From: Giesbergeria sp.
GTDB lineage: Bacteria > Pseudomonadota > Gammaproteobacteria > Burkholderiales > Burkholderiaceae_C
Assembly (NCBI GenBank): GCA_017988165.1
Contig: JAGNSH010000001.1
Location: 1 to 41,648, forward strand
Length of the DNA: 41,648 nt
Reading direction: 5' to 3'
In this document: piece by piece, positions 8,766-18,883 of the stretch
How positions within the stretch are numbered: position 1 is the first letter of the stretch
How the letters are laid out: each line of letters starts with the position of its first letter
Program-made: the position numbers and the translations under genes
Notes under the pieces: model-generated
What the model was told of the DNA's origin: nothing
What the model saw: the letters and a program-made list of their open reading frames with translations, nothing else
The model's database searches: none

Positions 8766-11222
8766 ATGTCAACGAATACAGGCGCTCATTCTCTCTCAGG
8801 ACAGATGGATTTTGAGTCTGTGCAACCGCCTGCGGTCACAGCTGTAGCTGTCACTAGCGCGACTGAGGCGCTGTTAGACGATCCGCAGGAGTGGGCCGCA
8901 TTTGGCCGGCCTTGCACAGAAACTAGCCGCCAATCAGCTGGCGCTGGGGCTTGGGAATCACATATGGTGATCGGCGGAATGCACTGCGCCGCCTGCGCTT
9001 TGACGATTGAAGATGCACTGCGCGCCGTGCCCGGCGTTGCGCAAGCCGATGTCAGCGCCGCCACGCAGCGCGCGCGCGTGGTGTGGCAACCCGGACAGGT
9101 GCAGCCATCGCAGTGGATTGCGGCAGTGCGTGTGGCCGGTTACAGCGCTTTGCCCGCCATGGATGCCTTGGCACGCGAGCAGCGCCTGCGCGAGAGCCGC
9201 AAAGCTTTGTGGCGCTGGTTGTTGTCAGGCTTTTGCATGATGCAAGTGATGATGTACGCGTGGCCGGCATATATCGCCGAGCCGGGCGATCTGACACAAG
9301 AAATGGAGACGCTGCTGCGCTGGGCCTCGTGGGTTATCACGCTGCCAATGGTGCTGTTTGCCTGTGGGCCATTTTTTACCAGTGCTTTGCGCGATATCCG
9401 CCAGCGCCGTGTCAGTATGGATTTGCCAGTGGCTTTGGGCATGGCTATCACTTTCGTTGTCAGCACTGTGGGCACGTTTGAGCCCGATGGTCTTTTTGGC
9501 CGCGAGGTGTTCTTCGACTCGTTGTCCATGTTTGTGTTTTTCTTGTTGACAGGCCGCTGGCTGGAATTGCGTTTGCGCGATCGCACGGCAGGTTCGCTGG
9601 AAGCTGTCATGAACCGCTTGCCCGATAGCGTGCTGCGGCGCAGCGCCCATGGCACTTTTGAGCGCGTGGCTGTGCGCCGCTTGGCGGTGGGCGATGTGGT
9701 GCAAGTGCTGCCGGGCGAGGCTTTTCCAGCCGATGGCTGCATTACCCGTGGCGATACCTTGGCCGATGAGGCGCTGTTGACGGGTGAATCTACCCCAGTG
9801 CCACGTCCGCAAGGTAGCCACGTCACCGCAGGCAGTTACAACCTGCAGTCGGTGGTTGAGGTGCGGGTCGATGGCGTAGGCCAAACAACGCGCTTTGCCC
9901 AAATCGTGGCGTTGATGGAAAGCGCATCGCTGCAAAAACCGCGTCTGGCACAGTTGGCCGACCGTGTCGCTCGGCCTTTTTTGGTGCTGGTGTTGGTGGC
10001 AGCGGTGCTGGCAGCGGTTTGGTGGTGGCCGACAGACCCTGGGCACGCGCTGATGGTGGCGGTATCGGTACTAATCGTCACTTGCCCTTGTGCGCTGTCT
10101 TTGGCCACTCCGGTGGCCATGCTGTCTGCTGCCGGCACGCTGGCGCGCAGCGGCGTACTGGTGCGTAATTTGCAAGGTCTAGAAGCATTGGCAGAAATTG
10201 ACACGCTAGTGTTTGATAAAACTGGCACCTTAACGCGCGACGGCATGGTGGTGCGTGCAGTGCATACCCAAGGTCTGCTGGCATCTGCCGATGCGCTGGC
10301 GCTGGCGGCCCAATTGGCGCGCCAGTCGTTGCACCCGGTGTCGCGTGCTTTGGTGGGTGCTGCCCAAAACGATATTGCCTCAGCGCGCTGGCAGCTGACT
10401 GAGGTGCAGGAGCTGAGTGGCTATGGACTGACAGCGCAGTTGCACGATACCCAAGGCGTGTTGCCCAACTGCCGAGTGCTACTGGGTTCGCCGCGCCATG
10501 CACAGCAGTCGGCCATGGCGGTGGATATGTCTGATGCTAGCGCGCCAGCGCAGCAGGTGGTGTTGGCCTGGCAGTGTGGCGACGAGGCCGCCATAGAGTT
10601 AGCCCGCTTTGATTTGAATGAGGATTTGCGCCCTGAAGCCGCTGCCGCCGTGCAAGTGTTGCGCGAGTCTGGTGTTGCTGTGCAATTGCTGTCTGGCGAC
10701 CGCGCGCCCGCTGTGGCGCGGATTGCCGCACAGGCTGGTATCGAGCAGTGGCAAGGAGATTGCACGCCGCAAGACAAATTGGCTGCCTTACGGGCCTTGC
10801 AAGCCAGCGGTCAGCGTGTGGCAATGGTGGGAGATGGGCTTAATGACGGCCCAGTGCTGGCTGGAGCCCACGTGTCGTTTGCCTTCGGCCAAGCCGTTGC
10901 GCTGGCACAATCGCGCTCTGATTTTGTGGTTTTGGGAAGTAATTTGTCATTGATTGCGCAGTCGGTCGTGCTGGCCAGGCGCACCTTGCGTATCGTGCGC
11001 CAAAATCTTTGGTGGGCCGCTGGCTACAACGCGTTGAGCGTGCCGTTGGCGATTGCTGGTTATATGCCAGCATGGTTGGCTGGCTTGGGCATGGCGCTGA
11101 GTTCGTTGCTGGTGGTGCTGAACGCTGCCCGTTTGTCGCGCTCGCTGCCGTCGCTGGCGCTTGACGCGGCTGCGGTGTCAGGGCTGGTAGACCCTGTGCG
11201 CGCCATGCCATTGGCCGCCTGA
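8766..11222 (+). CDS. ccoI: Cu-translocating P1B-type ATPase for cbb3 oxidase assembly (CcoI/FixI)
   Basis: HMA motif GMHCAAC, TGES, CPCALSLATP, DKTGTLT, GDGLND and YN; adjacent to ccoS/ccoN. Confidence 0.92.
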   Translation: MSTNTGAHSLSGQMDFESVQPPAVTAVAVTSATEALLDDPQEWAAFGRPCTETSRQSAGAGAWESHMVIGGMHCAACALTIEDALRAVPGVAQADVSAATQRARVVWQPGQVQPSQWIAAVRVAGYSALPAMDALAREQRLRESRKALWRWLLSGFCMMQVMMYAWPAYIAEPGDLTQEMETLLRWASWVITLPMVLFACGPFFTSALRDIRQRRVSMDLPVALGMAITFVVSTVGTFEPDGLFGREVFFDSLSMFVFFLLTGRWLELRLRDRTAGSLEAVMNRLPDSVLRRSAHGTFERVAVRRLAVGDVVQVLPGEAFPADGCITRGDTLADEALLTGESTPVPRPQGSHVTAGSYNLQSVVEVRVDGVGQTTRFAQIVALMESASLQKPRLAQLADRVARPFLVLVLVAAVLAAVWWWPTDPGHALMVAVSVLIVTCPCALSLATPVAMLSAAGTLARSGVLVRNLQGLEALAEIDTLVFDKTGTLTRDGMVVRAVHTQGLLASADALALAAQLARQSLHPVSRALVGAAQNDIASARWQLTEVQELSGYGLTAQLHDTQGVLPNCRVLLGSPRHAQQSAMAVDMSDASAPAQQVVLAWQCGDEAAIELARFDLNEDLRPEAAAAVQVLRESGVAVQLLSGDRAPAVARIAAQAGIEQWQGDCTPQDKLAALRALQASGQRVAMVGDGLNDGPVLAGAHVSFAFGQAVALAQSRSDFVVLGSNLSLIAQSVVLARRTLRIVRQNLWWAAGYNALSVPLAIAGYMPAWLAGLGMALSSLLVVLNAARLSRSLPSLALDAAAVSGLVDPVRAMPLAA

Positions 11223-11238
11223 TTTTTGGAGCTTTTGC

Positions 11239-11376
11239 ATGGACATTCTTTACTTATTGATTCCGTTGTCCGTGGTGCTGGTGCTGCTCATCATCATTGG
11301 TTTGTGGTGGGCGGTCGATCGCGGGCAATTCGAGAACGTCGAGCAAGAAGGTGAGCGCATTCTTCGTGACAATTGA
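11239..11376 (+). CDS. ccoS: cbb3 oxidase maturation protein CcoS/FixS (45 aa, absent from the ORF track)
   Basis: Hand translation gives [45 protein letters not shown]; GGAG SD; carries the typical WAV-x-x-GQF motif. Confidence 0.93.
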   Translation: MDILYLLIPLSVVLVLLIIIGLWWAVDRGQFENVEQEGERILRDN

Positions 11377-11386
11377 CGTTCGTCAA
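11373..11386. promoter_or_regulatory. FNR/ANR-type binding site upstream of ccoN
   Basis: TTGAC-GTTC-GTCAA matches the TTGAT-N4-ATCAA consensus. TAATACT at 11408-11414 fits class II spacing. Confidence 0.8.
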
Positions 11387-11438
11387 AATCCCTATTAGTA
11401 GTCTGGTTAATACTTTCGCTCAAATCAAGAGGTGCCCG

Positions 11439-12881
11439 ATGGATATTCCGAAAAAAGCAGATGCTGCGCACTACAACGATACCGTTGTACGCCAGTTTTC
11501 AATCATGGCGGTGGTGTGGGGAGTAGTGGGGATGCTGGTAGGCGTCTTTGTTGCTTCCCAGCTGGCTTGGCCCGAACTCAACTTTGGTATTCCGTGGCTA
11601 AGCTACGGTCGCCTACGACCGTTGCACACGAATGCGGTGATCTTCGCCTTTGGCGGTAGCGCGCTGATTGGTACCAGCTACTACGTGGTACAGCGCACAT
11701 GTCAGGTGCGTTTGTTTGCTGGGAAATTGGCTTCCTTTACCTTCTGGGGTTGGCAGGCGGTCATTGTGGCTGCAGCTATCAGTCTTCCTTTGGGTTACAC
11801 CCAAGGCAAAGAGTACGCTGAACTTGAATGGCCGATTGACATCCTGATTGCTGTAGTTTGGGTGGCTTACGCCATTGTCTTCTTTGGCACCATCGGAATG
11901 CGTAAAGTCCGTCACATCTATGTGGCCAATTGGTTCTACGGTGCTTTCATTTTGGCCATCGCCTTACTGCATATCGTTAACAGCGCTGCTATTCCGGCTG
12001 GCTTCATGAAGAGCTACTCTGCCTACGCCGGCGTGCAAGACGCTATGGTGCAGTGGTGGTATGGCCATAACGCAGTGGGCTTTTTCTTGACCGCTGGTTT
12101 CTTGGGAATGATGTATTACTTCATTCCTAAGCAAGCTGGTCGTCCGGTGTACAGCTATCGCTTGTCTATCGTTCACTTTTGGGCGTTGATTTTTACTTAT
12201 ATGTGGGCGGGCCCACACCACCTGCACTACACCGCGCTGCCTGACTGGACGCAATCGGTCGGTATGGTGTTTTCGCTGATTTTGCTGGCGCCCAGCTGGG
12301 GCGGCATGATTAACGGCGTGATGACTCTGTCGGGCGCTTGGCACAAATTGCGCGATGACCCTATCTTGCGCTTCCTGATTGTCTCGCTGTCCTTCTATGG
12401 TATGTCGACGTTTGAAGGCCCGATGATGGCTATCAAGACCGTGAACGCCTTGAGCCACTACACCGACTGGACTGTGGGCCACGTACACGCTGGTGCCTTA
12501 GGTTGGGTTGGCTTGATTACCATGGGCTCCTTGTATTACCTGATTCCACGTTTGTTTGGCAAAGAAAAAATGCATTCCATCAAGGCGATTGAACTGCATT
12601 TCTGGCTGGCTACGATTGGTATCGTGCTGTACATCGCTGCGATGTGGATTGCCGGCGTGATGCAAGGCTTGATGTGGCGTGCTGTCAACGACGATGGAAC
12701 GCTTACTTACACCTTTGTTGAGAGTGTGAAGGCTACCTATCCGTTCTACGTTATTCGTGTGACCGGTGGTGCTTTGTATCTGACGGGTATGTTGATCATG
12801 GCTTGGAACGTATGGGTTACTGCCATGTCGGGTCGCTCGGTCAACGTGGCCATCCCTGCCATTAAGCCGGCACACGCCTGA
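11439..12881 (+). CDS. ccoN: cbb3-type cytochrome c oxidase subunit I
   Basis: Motifs [35 protein letters not shown] and [10 protein letters not shown]. Confidence 0.98.
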   Translation: MDIPKKADAAHYNDTVVRQFSIMAVVWGVVGMLVGVFVASQLAWPELNFGIPWLSYGRLRPLHTNAVIFAFGGSALIGTSYYVVQRTCQVRLFAGKLASFTFWGWQAVIVAAAISLPLGYTQGKEYAELEWPIDILIAVVWVAYAIVFFGTIGMRKVRHIYVANWFYGAFILAIALLHIVNSAAIPAGFMKSYSAYAGVQDAMVQWWYGHNAVGFFLTAGFLGMMYYFIPKQAGRPVYSYRLSIVHFWALIFTYMWAGPHHLHYTALPDWTQSVGMVFSLILLAPSWGGMINGVMTLSGAWHKLRDDPILRFLIVSLSFYGMSTFEGPMMAIKTVNALSHYTDWTVGHVHAGALGWVGLITMGSLYYLIPRLFGKEKMHSIKAIELHFWLATIGIVLYIAAMWIAGVMQGLMWRAVNDDGTLTYTFVESVKATYPFYVIRVTGGALYLTGMLIMAWNVWVTAMSGRSVNVAIPAIKPAHA

Positions 12882-12899
12882 TATCCGAGGAGTTGATTA

Positions 12900-13532
12900 A
12901 TGTCACAAGAAAATAAAACTGCCTCGACCGGATTTACCCACGAAACCGTGGAAACCAATAACCTGCTGATGATCGTTTTGATCGTCTTGGTGATTGCAAT
13001 TGGTGGTTTGGTCGAAATCGTTCCGCTGTTTTTCCAAAAATCTACGACGGAGCCTATTCAAGGTATTGAACCTTACGCACCGCTTCAGTTAGTTGGGCGC
13101 GATATTTATGTACGTGAAGGCTGCTACAACTGCCATTCACAAATGATTCGCCCATTCCGTGCTGAAACTTTGCGTTATGGCCACTACTCTGTGGCCGGCG
13201 AATTTGTTTACGATCACCCCTTCCAATGGGGTAGTAAGCGTACGGGGCCTGATTTGCACCGTGTTGGCGGAAAATACAGCGATGAATGGCATCGCATCCA
13301 TTTGAACAATCCTCGCGATGTGGTGCCCGAGTCGAATATGCCTGCCTATACGTGGCTGGAAAAAACCAAACTTGACCCCGCAGGCGTTGCGCCTCACATG
13401 AGTGCGTTGCGCAAGGTAGGTGTGCCTTATACAGACGCACAGATTGCCGGAGCTGCTGATGAAGTGAAAGATAAGACGGAGATGGAAGCGCTCATTGCTT
13501 ATCTGCAAGTTTTGGGCCGTGCGCTTAAGTAA
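12900..13532 (+). CDS. ccoO: cbb3-type cytochrome c oxidase subunit II
   Basis: Motifs [14 protein letters not shown] and [10 protein letters not shown]. Confidence 0.98.
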   Translation: MSQENKTASTGFTHETVETNNLLMIVLIVLVIAIGGLVEIVPLFFQKSTTEPIQGIEPYAPLQLVGRDIYVREGCYNCHSQMIRPFRAETLRYGHYSVAGEFVYDHPFQWGSKRTGPDLHRVGGKYSDEWHRIHLNNPRDVVPESNMPAYTWLEKTKLDPAGVAPHMSALRKVGVPYTDAQIAGAADEVKDKTEMEALIAYLQVLGRALK

Positions 13533-13540
13533 CGGAGGCT

Positions 13541-13684
13541 ATGAACATGGATATCACCACCATGCGTGTCATAGTTACTTTGGCATCCTTTGCTTGCTTT
13601 GCAGGTATTTGGGTTTGGGCTTATTCACGTCGTAACCAAGCTAGGTTCGATGAGGCTGCCCAACTTCCCTTTGAACAAGATTGA
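13541..13684 (+). CDS. ccoQ: cbb3-type oxidase subunit CcoQ (47 aa, absent from the ORF track)
   Basis: Hand translation gives MNMDITTMRVIVTLASFACFAGIWVWAYSRRNQARFDEAAQLPFEQD; GGAGG SD; lies between ccoO and ccoP. Confidence 0.93.
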   Translation: MNMDITTMRVIVTLASFACFAGIWVWAYSRRNQARFDEAAQLPFEQD

Positions 13685-13708
13685 ACCTCCCCAGAACGAG
13701 AACACCCC

Positions 13709-14623
13709 ATGAGTGACTTCACAAGCAATTTCTGGTCGGTTTATGTAGCAGGAATGTCCCTTCTGGGTATTCTTGCTTGCCTGCTCCTTTTATGGATCAC
13801 GGCACGTAAAAAAGTCGCCTCGACCAGCGACAACACTACAGGCCATGTCTGGGATGAAGACTTGACTGAAATGAACAATCCCATGCCACGCTGGTGGATG
13901 TGGATGTTCGTATTAACCATTATTTTTTCTTTAGGCTACTTGGTGGCTTATCCTGGCATGGGTAAATATGCCGGTATGCTGGGATGGAGCCAGTACGGAG
14001 AATATGATGCTGAAGTGGCCAAGGCCAATGTTGAGTTAGAGCCACTGTATGCGCGCTTTAGTTCTATGAAGCCAGAGGATGTCGCTGGAGACGCTCAGGC
14101 AATGGCGATTGGCGAACGCTTATTCATGAATAACTGCGCACAGTGCCATGGCTCAGATGCACGGGGCAGTAAAGGATTCCCTAATTTGACCGATGGGGAT
14201 TGGCTGCACGGTGGAACACCCGAAAAAATCCATGAAACTTTGCAAAAAGGTCGTATTGGAAATATGCCACCTATGGTTGCAGCTGTGGGCACGCCGGAAG
14301 ATGTGCGTAATTTATCGCATTATGTTCTGAGTCTCTCGGGTAGTCCGCACGATTCGGTGCGTGCTTCATCTGGGAAAGCGCATTTTGCTACCTGCGCTGC
14401 ATGCCATGGTATGGACGGTAAAGGAAACTACGCACTAGGTGCTCCGAACCTGACAGACGATATCTGGTTGCACGGTTGGGGCGAAGACGCGATTGCTGCC
14501 ATGGTCAATCATGGAAAAGTCAATGAGATGCCAGCACAGGAAGGCAAGCTTACACCAGCACAAATTGATGTATTGACGGCCTATGTGTGGGGTCTGTCCA
14601 ATCAAAAAAGCGCAGTACGCTAA
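13709..14623 (+). CDS. ccoP: cbb3-type cytochrome c oxidase subunit III (diheme)
   Basis: TTGHVWDEDL and NNPMPRWW, plus two heme motifs CAQCH and CAACH. Confidence 0.98.
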   Translation: MSDFTSNFWSVYVAGMSLLGILACLLLLWITARKKVASTSDNTTGHVWDEDLTEMNNPMPRWWMWMFVLTIIFSLGYLVAYPGMGKYAGMLGWSQYGEYDAEVAKANVELEPLYARFSSMKPEDVAGDAQAMAIGERLFMNNCAQCHGSDARGSKGFPNLTDGDWLHGGTPEKIHETLQKGRIGNMPPMVAAVGTPEDVRNLSHYVLSLSGSPHDSVRASSGKAHFATCAACHGMDGKGNYALGAPNLTDDIWLHGWGEDAIAAMVNHGKVNEMPAQEGKLTPAQIDVLTAYVWGLSNQKSAVR

Positions 14624-14638
14624 AAATTGGTATCTTTA

Positions 14639-14667
14639 GAGGTGGCGCATAGATCGTGCGTCACCTC
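14639..14667 (+). terminator. Hairpin between ccoP and ccoG (partial terminator or mRNA stabiliser)
   Basis: GAGGTGGCGCAT-AGATC-GTGCGTCACCTC, followed by ATTT. Confidence 0.5.
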
Positions 14668-14708
14668 ATTTGCACTATGGTGCATTTCCTCCGGAAGATC
14701 GCTAATTC

Positions 14709-16157
14709 ATGACATCCCCCTCTGGGAAACCACGTAAGGTTATCCCCATCGCCCCTGTCGCCTCAGAACCTAGTCTCAAGGGCGAATCTATATCCTCGTT
14801 GTACGAAGCGCAGAAAAAAATATACCCCCGCTCGATCAGCGGGGTTTTTGCGCGTTGGCGCTGGGTAATGGTAGTTCTTACACAGCTTGTTTTTTACGGG
14901 CTGCCGTGGCTTGAATGGGGACAACGCCAAATGGTGTTGTTTGATTTGGGTGCTAGGCGTTTCTATATTTTTGGCTTAGTGCTTTATCCGCAAGATTTTA
15001 TTTATCTTACGGCACTATTGATTATTTCAGCCTTATCACTGTTTTTGTTTACTGCGGTGGCTGGACGTTTGTGGTGTGGCTTTGCCTGTCCACAAACCGT
15101 GTATACAGAAATTTTCATGTGGATTGAGCACAAAGTCGAAGGCGATCGCAGCGCGCGTGTTCGCCTAGATGCAAGTGGCTGGACATTCGAGAAAATTTGG
15201 AAAAAAACAGTTAAGCAAAGTCTGTGGATTATATTTTCGATTTGGACTGGCTTTACTTTTGTTGGGTACTTTATCCCGATTCGGCAGCTGAGTGTTGAGT
15301 TGATGGCCTTCCAGGGTGGCTGGCAGATTTTCTGGGTTATTTTTTACGGCTTCGCTACTTACGGTAATGCCGGATTTTTGCGCGAACAAGTGTGCAAATA
15401 TATGTGCCCTTATGCGCGTTTTCAAAGCGCAATGTTTGATAAGGACACTTTGATCGTCACGTATGACGAAAACCGAGGTGAGCCTCGTGGCCCACGTATT
15501 AAAAAGGTGGATTACAAAGCTAATGGCTTGGGTGATTGTATTGATTGCACTTTATGTGTTCAAGTTTGTCCAGTAGGTATTGATATAAGAGATGGACTAC
15601 AGTATGAATGTATAGGCTGTGGCTTATGTGTAGATGCCTGTAATAATGTGATGGATAAAATGAGTTACCCGCGTGGTTTGATTCGTTTTTCCACACAAAA
15701 TGGAGTTGCTCAAGGGTGGACTCAGTCGCAGATAGCGCGACGTGTCATGCGTCCACGTGTGCTTATCTATAGCAGCGTTTTAATTGTTTTGTGTGTGGTG
15801 ATGTTGACCAGTCTGATTTCGCGCACACCTTTAAAAGTAGATATAGTGCGAGATCGTGTAGCGCTTTCACGCATTGTGGCAGGCGGGAAATTAGAAAATA
15901 TATACCGCTTGCAGATTATGAATGCCACCGAAACGCCGCAACGCTACCGAATAGATGCAAGGGGTTTAGATGGGCTAGAAGTTGCCTCTGAGCCAGAGGT
16001 TGACATAGATGCTGCTCAATCCCGCTGGGTCGTCGTTCGTCTTCAAATTCCGTATGGCTCTGCCTCACCAGGCTCCCACGCAGTGAAGTTCGATGTGGCT
16101 GCTATTGGTGGCGGTGCCAAATTAACAGAAAAATCCGTATTTCTAGTCCCTCGCTGA
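14709..16157 (+). CDS. ccoG: Cytochrome c oxidase accessory protein CcoG (4Fe-4S, cupric reductase family)
   Basis: Motifs GRLWCGFACPQTV, REQVCKYMCPY, CIDCTLCVQVCP and CIGCGLCVDAC. Confidence 0.96.
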   Translation: MTSPSGKPRKVIPIAPVASEPSLKGESISSLYEAQKKIYPRSISGVFARWRWVMVVLTQLVFYGLPWLEWGQRQMVLFDLGARRFYIFGLVLYPQDFIYLTALLIISALSLFLFTAVAGRLWCGFACPQTVYTEIFMWIEHKVEGDRSARVRLDASGWTFEKIWKKTVKQSLWIIFSIWTGFTFVGYFIPIRQLSVELMAFQGGWQIFWVIFYGFATYGNAGFLREQVCKYMCPYARFQSAMFDKDTLIVTYDENRGEPRGPRIKKVDYKANGLGDCIDCTLCVQVCPVGIDIRDGLQYECIGCGLCVDACNNVMDKMSYPRGLIRFSTQNGVAQGWTQSQIARRVMRPRVLIYSSVLIVLCVVMLTSLISRTPLKVDIVRDRVALSRIVAGGKLENIYRLQIMNATETPQRYRIDARGLDGLEVASEPEVDIDAAQSRWVVVRLQIPYGSASPGSHAVKFDVAAIGGGAKLTEKSVFLVPR

Positions 16158-16215
16158 CGCTTAATGTTTTTGGTGTTTCTGAGGCTTGCCTCTGAATTTT
16201 TTAGGAGTTACTTTG

Positions 16216-16491
16216 ATGACCTCAGCAAGTGCAGCAGTAAATAATGCCCAGCCATGGTGGAAGTATGGCTATGTTTGGCTGGTTATTTCTGGCCCGGCAG
16301 TGGTCGTGGTCGCCGGTTTTTATACTTTGTGGCTGGCGATAAGCTCACCCAATCAAGTGCTGACCGATGGTACTGATCGCCGCAAAGCAGAAATTACACA
16401 GAAAGCAGAAAGTAAAGAAATGATTTTGACGCCGGCTTTAAAAGGGCGTAATCATGCTGCTACACCTATATCAGATAGGCCTAGCGATTGA
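16216..16491 (+). CDS. ccoH: Short FixH/CcoH-like protein
   Basis: PWWKYGYVWLVISGPAVVVVAG resembles the FixH N-terminus; AGGAG SD; follows ccoG. Confidence 0.8.
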   Translation: MTSASAAVNNAQPWWKYGYVWLVISGPAVVVVAGFYTLWLAISSPNQVLTDGTDRRKAEITQKAESKEMILTPALKGRNHAATPISDRPSD

Positions 16492-16532
16492 AATTTTCAA
16501 AGTAGCAGACATCTAAAAAATCAATACATTTT

Positions 16533-17048
16533 ATGAATTCCAGCGCATTGTCCCCTGTCATTTTTAGTACTTGTGATTTTTGTGACGAACATAAGTCAGA
16601 TGACAGTGGATTTTTTCGAGTGCTTCCTCCGGTTTTTCATGACTTTGGCGGTATAAGCGCATTCAGCGGAATTGTCAGCACTGTTAAATGCCATGAGGAC
16701 AATTCGTTAGTAAAGGCTGCGGTCGAATCTCCAGGAAATGGGCGTGTTTTGGTGGTTGATGGCGGAGCATCGTTGCGCTATGCCTTGATTGGTGGCAACT
16801 TGGCTGCAGCAGCTGCCCGCAACGGGTGGGCTGGCTTGTTGGTAGATGGTTGTGTGCGCGATACGGCAGAACTCAGGGCTGCCCCGGTAGGCATTCGTGC
16901 TCTTGCGCTGATACCTTTGCCGACTGAAAAACGCAATCAGGGATTACGTGATGTAGCCGTCTGCATTCAAGGTGTGCTGGTTCGTCCGGGTGACTGGCTT
17001 TATGCAGATGCCGACGGTATTGTGATAAGCGCCCATCCTCTGCGCTGA
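16533..17048 (+). CDS. rraA: RraA family protein (RNase E regulator / HMG aldolase-like)
   Basis: Motifs STCDFCD, TVKCHEDNSLV, GRVLVVDGG, GCVRD and GDWLYADADG. Confidence 0.9.
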   Translation: MNSSALSPVIFSTCDFCDEHKSDDSGFFRVLPPVFHDFGGISAFSGIVSTVKCHEDNSLVKAAVESPGNGRVLVVDGGASLRYALIGGNLAAAAARNGWAGLLVDGCVRDTAELRAAPVGIRALALIPLPTEKRNQGLRDVAVCIQGVLVRPGDWLYADADGIVISAHPLR

Positions 17049-17222
17049 CTGCTCGACCGCGCTTTCTGGCGCTTCTGAGACCTTAGTCCGTTATTTGTAT
17101 GCTCCGAGACGGCTGAGCTTGTCTTAGACGCTTGCCTGTCGGCCTTTCTATTTTCCTGATAAAGATGCTTGTCGACTGCCCAGAAGGTAGTCGTCATCGC
17201 AATGCTATGCGAGCGAAATTTT

Positions 17223-17300
17223 TTTCATAGAGTGAAATTTAAATTTCACTATGCAATAAATTAAATGGACGGTCTTTTAATTTAATTTCTTAGTATGAAA
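17223..17300. promoter_or_regulatory. AT-rich operator array upstream of aceA
   Basis: Perfect 20-bp palindrome AGTGAAATTTAAATTTCACT (17231-17250); TTTCA-N5-TGAAA-like boxes at 17223-17237 and 17286-17300. Confidence 0.55.
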
Positions 17301-17353
17301 AATAGTTCTGTATTGAGAAATTAAATCTGTAAGCCTTTGATTTAACATGAGAA

Positions 17354-17379
17354 AAATAAGTCTTGTATAAGACATAAGA
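17354..17379. promoter_or_regulatory. Palindromic operator resembling the GntR-family SdhR site of Burkholderiales TCA/glyoxylate genes
   Basis: Core GTCTTGTATAAGAC (one mismatch from a perfect palindrome) followed by ATAAGA. The family assignment comes from recollection of the motif. Confidence 0.6.
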
Positions 17380-17469
17380 GCTTGTTGCGAACTCGTAGAA
17401 GATTTACAGTATGTCTATAGGGCAAGCGTCGCTTGTCTCCCAATTTCAACTAACTAATGGAGTGACCTC

Positions 17470-18795
17470 ATGTCCCAAGCCCCCCAACTGACCCGCGAGC
17501 AGCAAGTCGCCGAACTGGAAAAAGACTGGGCTACCAACCCCCGCTGGAAAGGTGTCAAACGCGGTTACAGCGCTGCTGACGTGGTGCGCCTGCGCGGTTC
17601 GCTGCCAATCGAGCACACCCTGGCCAAGCGCGGCGCTGAAAAGCTCTGGGCAAAAATCAACGGCGACTCCAAAAAGGGTTATGTCAACGCGTTTGGCGCT
17701 ATCTCTGCTGGTCAAGCCATGCAGCAAGCCAAGGCCGGTTTGGAGGCTGTGTACCTGTCCGGCTGGCAAGTTGCTGCCGATGGCAATACGTCCGAAACCA
17801 TGTACCCCGACCAGTCGTTGTACGCCTACGACTCGGTGCCCACGATGGTGCGCCGCATCAACAACACCTTCAAGCGTGCTGACGAAATCCAGTGGGGCCG
17901 CGGCATCAATCCTAGCGACCAAGAGTTCATCGACTACTTCTTGCCTATCGTTGCTGACGCAGAAGCCGGTTTTGGTGGTGTGCTGAACGCGTTTGAGCTG
18001 ATGAAGAACATGATCGCCGCTGGCGCATCGGGCGTTCACTTTGAAGACCAACTGGCTGCCGTCAAGAAGTGCGGTCACATGGGTGGCAAGGTGCTGGTGC
18101 CTACGCAAGAAGCTTGCGAGAAGCTGATTTCGGCACGCTTTGCTGCTGACGTGATGGGCGTGCCCACCATCATCTTGGCCCGCACCGATGCGGAAGCTGC
18201 CAACCTGATCACCAGCAACCACGACGCCAACGACCAAGCTTTCCTGACCGGCGAGCGCACGCAAGAAGGCTTCTACCGCGTCAAAAACGGTCTGGAGCAG
18301 TCCATCAGCCGCGGTGTCGCTTACGCTCCTTACGCCGACTTGGTGTGGTGCGAAACCGGCGTGCCAGACATCGGCTTTGCGCGTGAATTCGCTCAAGCCG
18401 TGCTTGCAGCCAACCCCGGCAAGCTGCTGTCGTACAACTGCTCGCCCTCGTTTAACTGGAAGAAAAACCTCAACGACTCACAAATTGCTTCGTTCCAAGA
18501 AGATTTGTCGGCATTGGGTTACAAGTTCCAGTTCATCACGCTGGCCGGTATCCATATCAACTGGTACAACAGCTTCCAGTTTGCCCACGCCTACGCCCGT
18601 GGCGAAGGCATGAAGCACTACGTCAACATGGTGCAAGAGCCAGAATTTGCCGCACGTGACAAGGGCTACACCTTCGTGTCGCACCAGCAAGAAGTCGGCG
18701 CTGGCTACTTCGACGATGTGACCACTGTCATCCAAGGTGGCTCCTCGTCCGTCAAAGCACTGACCGGTTCGACCGAAGAAGAGCAGTTCCACTGA
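17470..18795 (+). CDS. aceA: Isocitrate lyase
   Basis: Signature KKCGHMGGKVL; also YLSGWQVAAD and HQQEVGAGYFD; ends GSTEEEQFH. Confidence 0.98.
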   Translation: MSQAPQLTREQQVAELEKDWATNPRWKGVKRGYSAADVVRLRGSLPIEHTLAKRGAEKLWAKINGDSKKGYVNAFGAISAGQAMQQAKAGLEAVYLSGWQVAADGNTSETMYPDQSLYAYDSVPTMVRRINNTFKRADEIQWGRGINPSDQEFIDYFLPIVADAEAGFGGVLNAFELMKNMIAAGASGVHFEDQLAAVKKCGHMGGKVLVPTQEACEKLISARFAADVMGVPTIILARTDAEAANLITSNHDANDQAFLTGERTQEGFYRVKNGLEQSISRGVAYAPYADLVWCETGVPDIGFAREFAQAVLAANPGKLLSYNCSPSFNWKKNLNDSQIASFQEDLSALGYKFQFITLAGIHINWYNSFQFAHAYARGEGMKHYVNMVQEPEFAARDKGYTFVSHQQEVGAGYFDDVTTVIQGGSSSVKALTGSTEEEQFH

Positions 18796-18849
18796 AATAG
18801 TGCTGCAAGCGCTGTGAGTGCTGCACGCTAAGTAAAGCGTATGCATACC

Positions 18850-18883
18850 AAAGAGCCCAAAGCACCTGCTTTGGGCTCTTTTT
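18850..18883 (+). terminator. Rho-independent terminator of aceA
   Basis: AAAGAGCCCAAAGC-ACCT-GCTTTGGGCTCTTT followed by a T-rich tail. Confidence 0.85.

Noticed and set aside
16216-16491. ccoH as a truncated pseudogene
   Set aside because: It has an intact SD, start, TM segment and stop with no visible frameshifted continuation; a naturally short FixH-like protein is the simpler reading.
18797-18815. Additional repeat copy after aceA (AATAGTGCTGCAAGCGCT)
   Set aside because: It is only a short, gapped match to the repeat core and could be chance or a decayed remnant.
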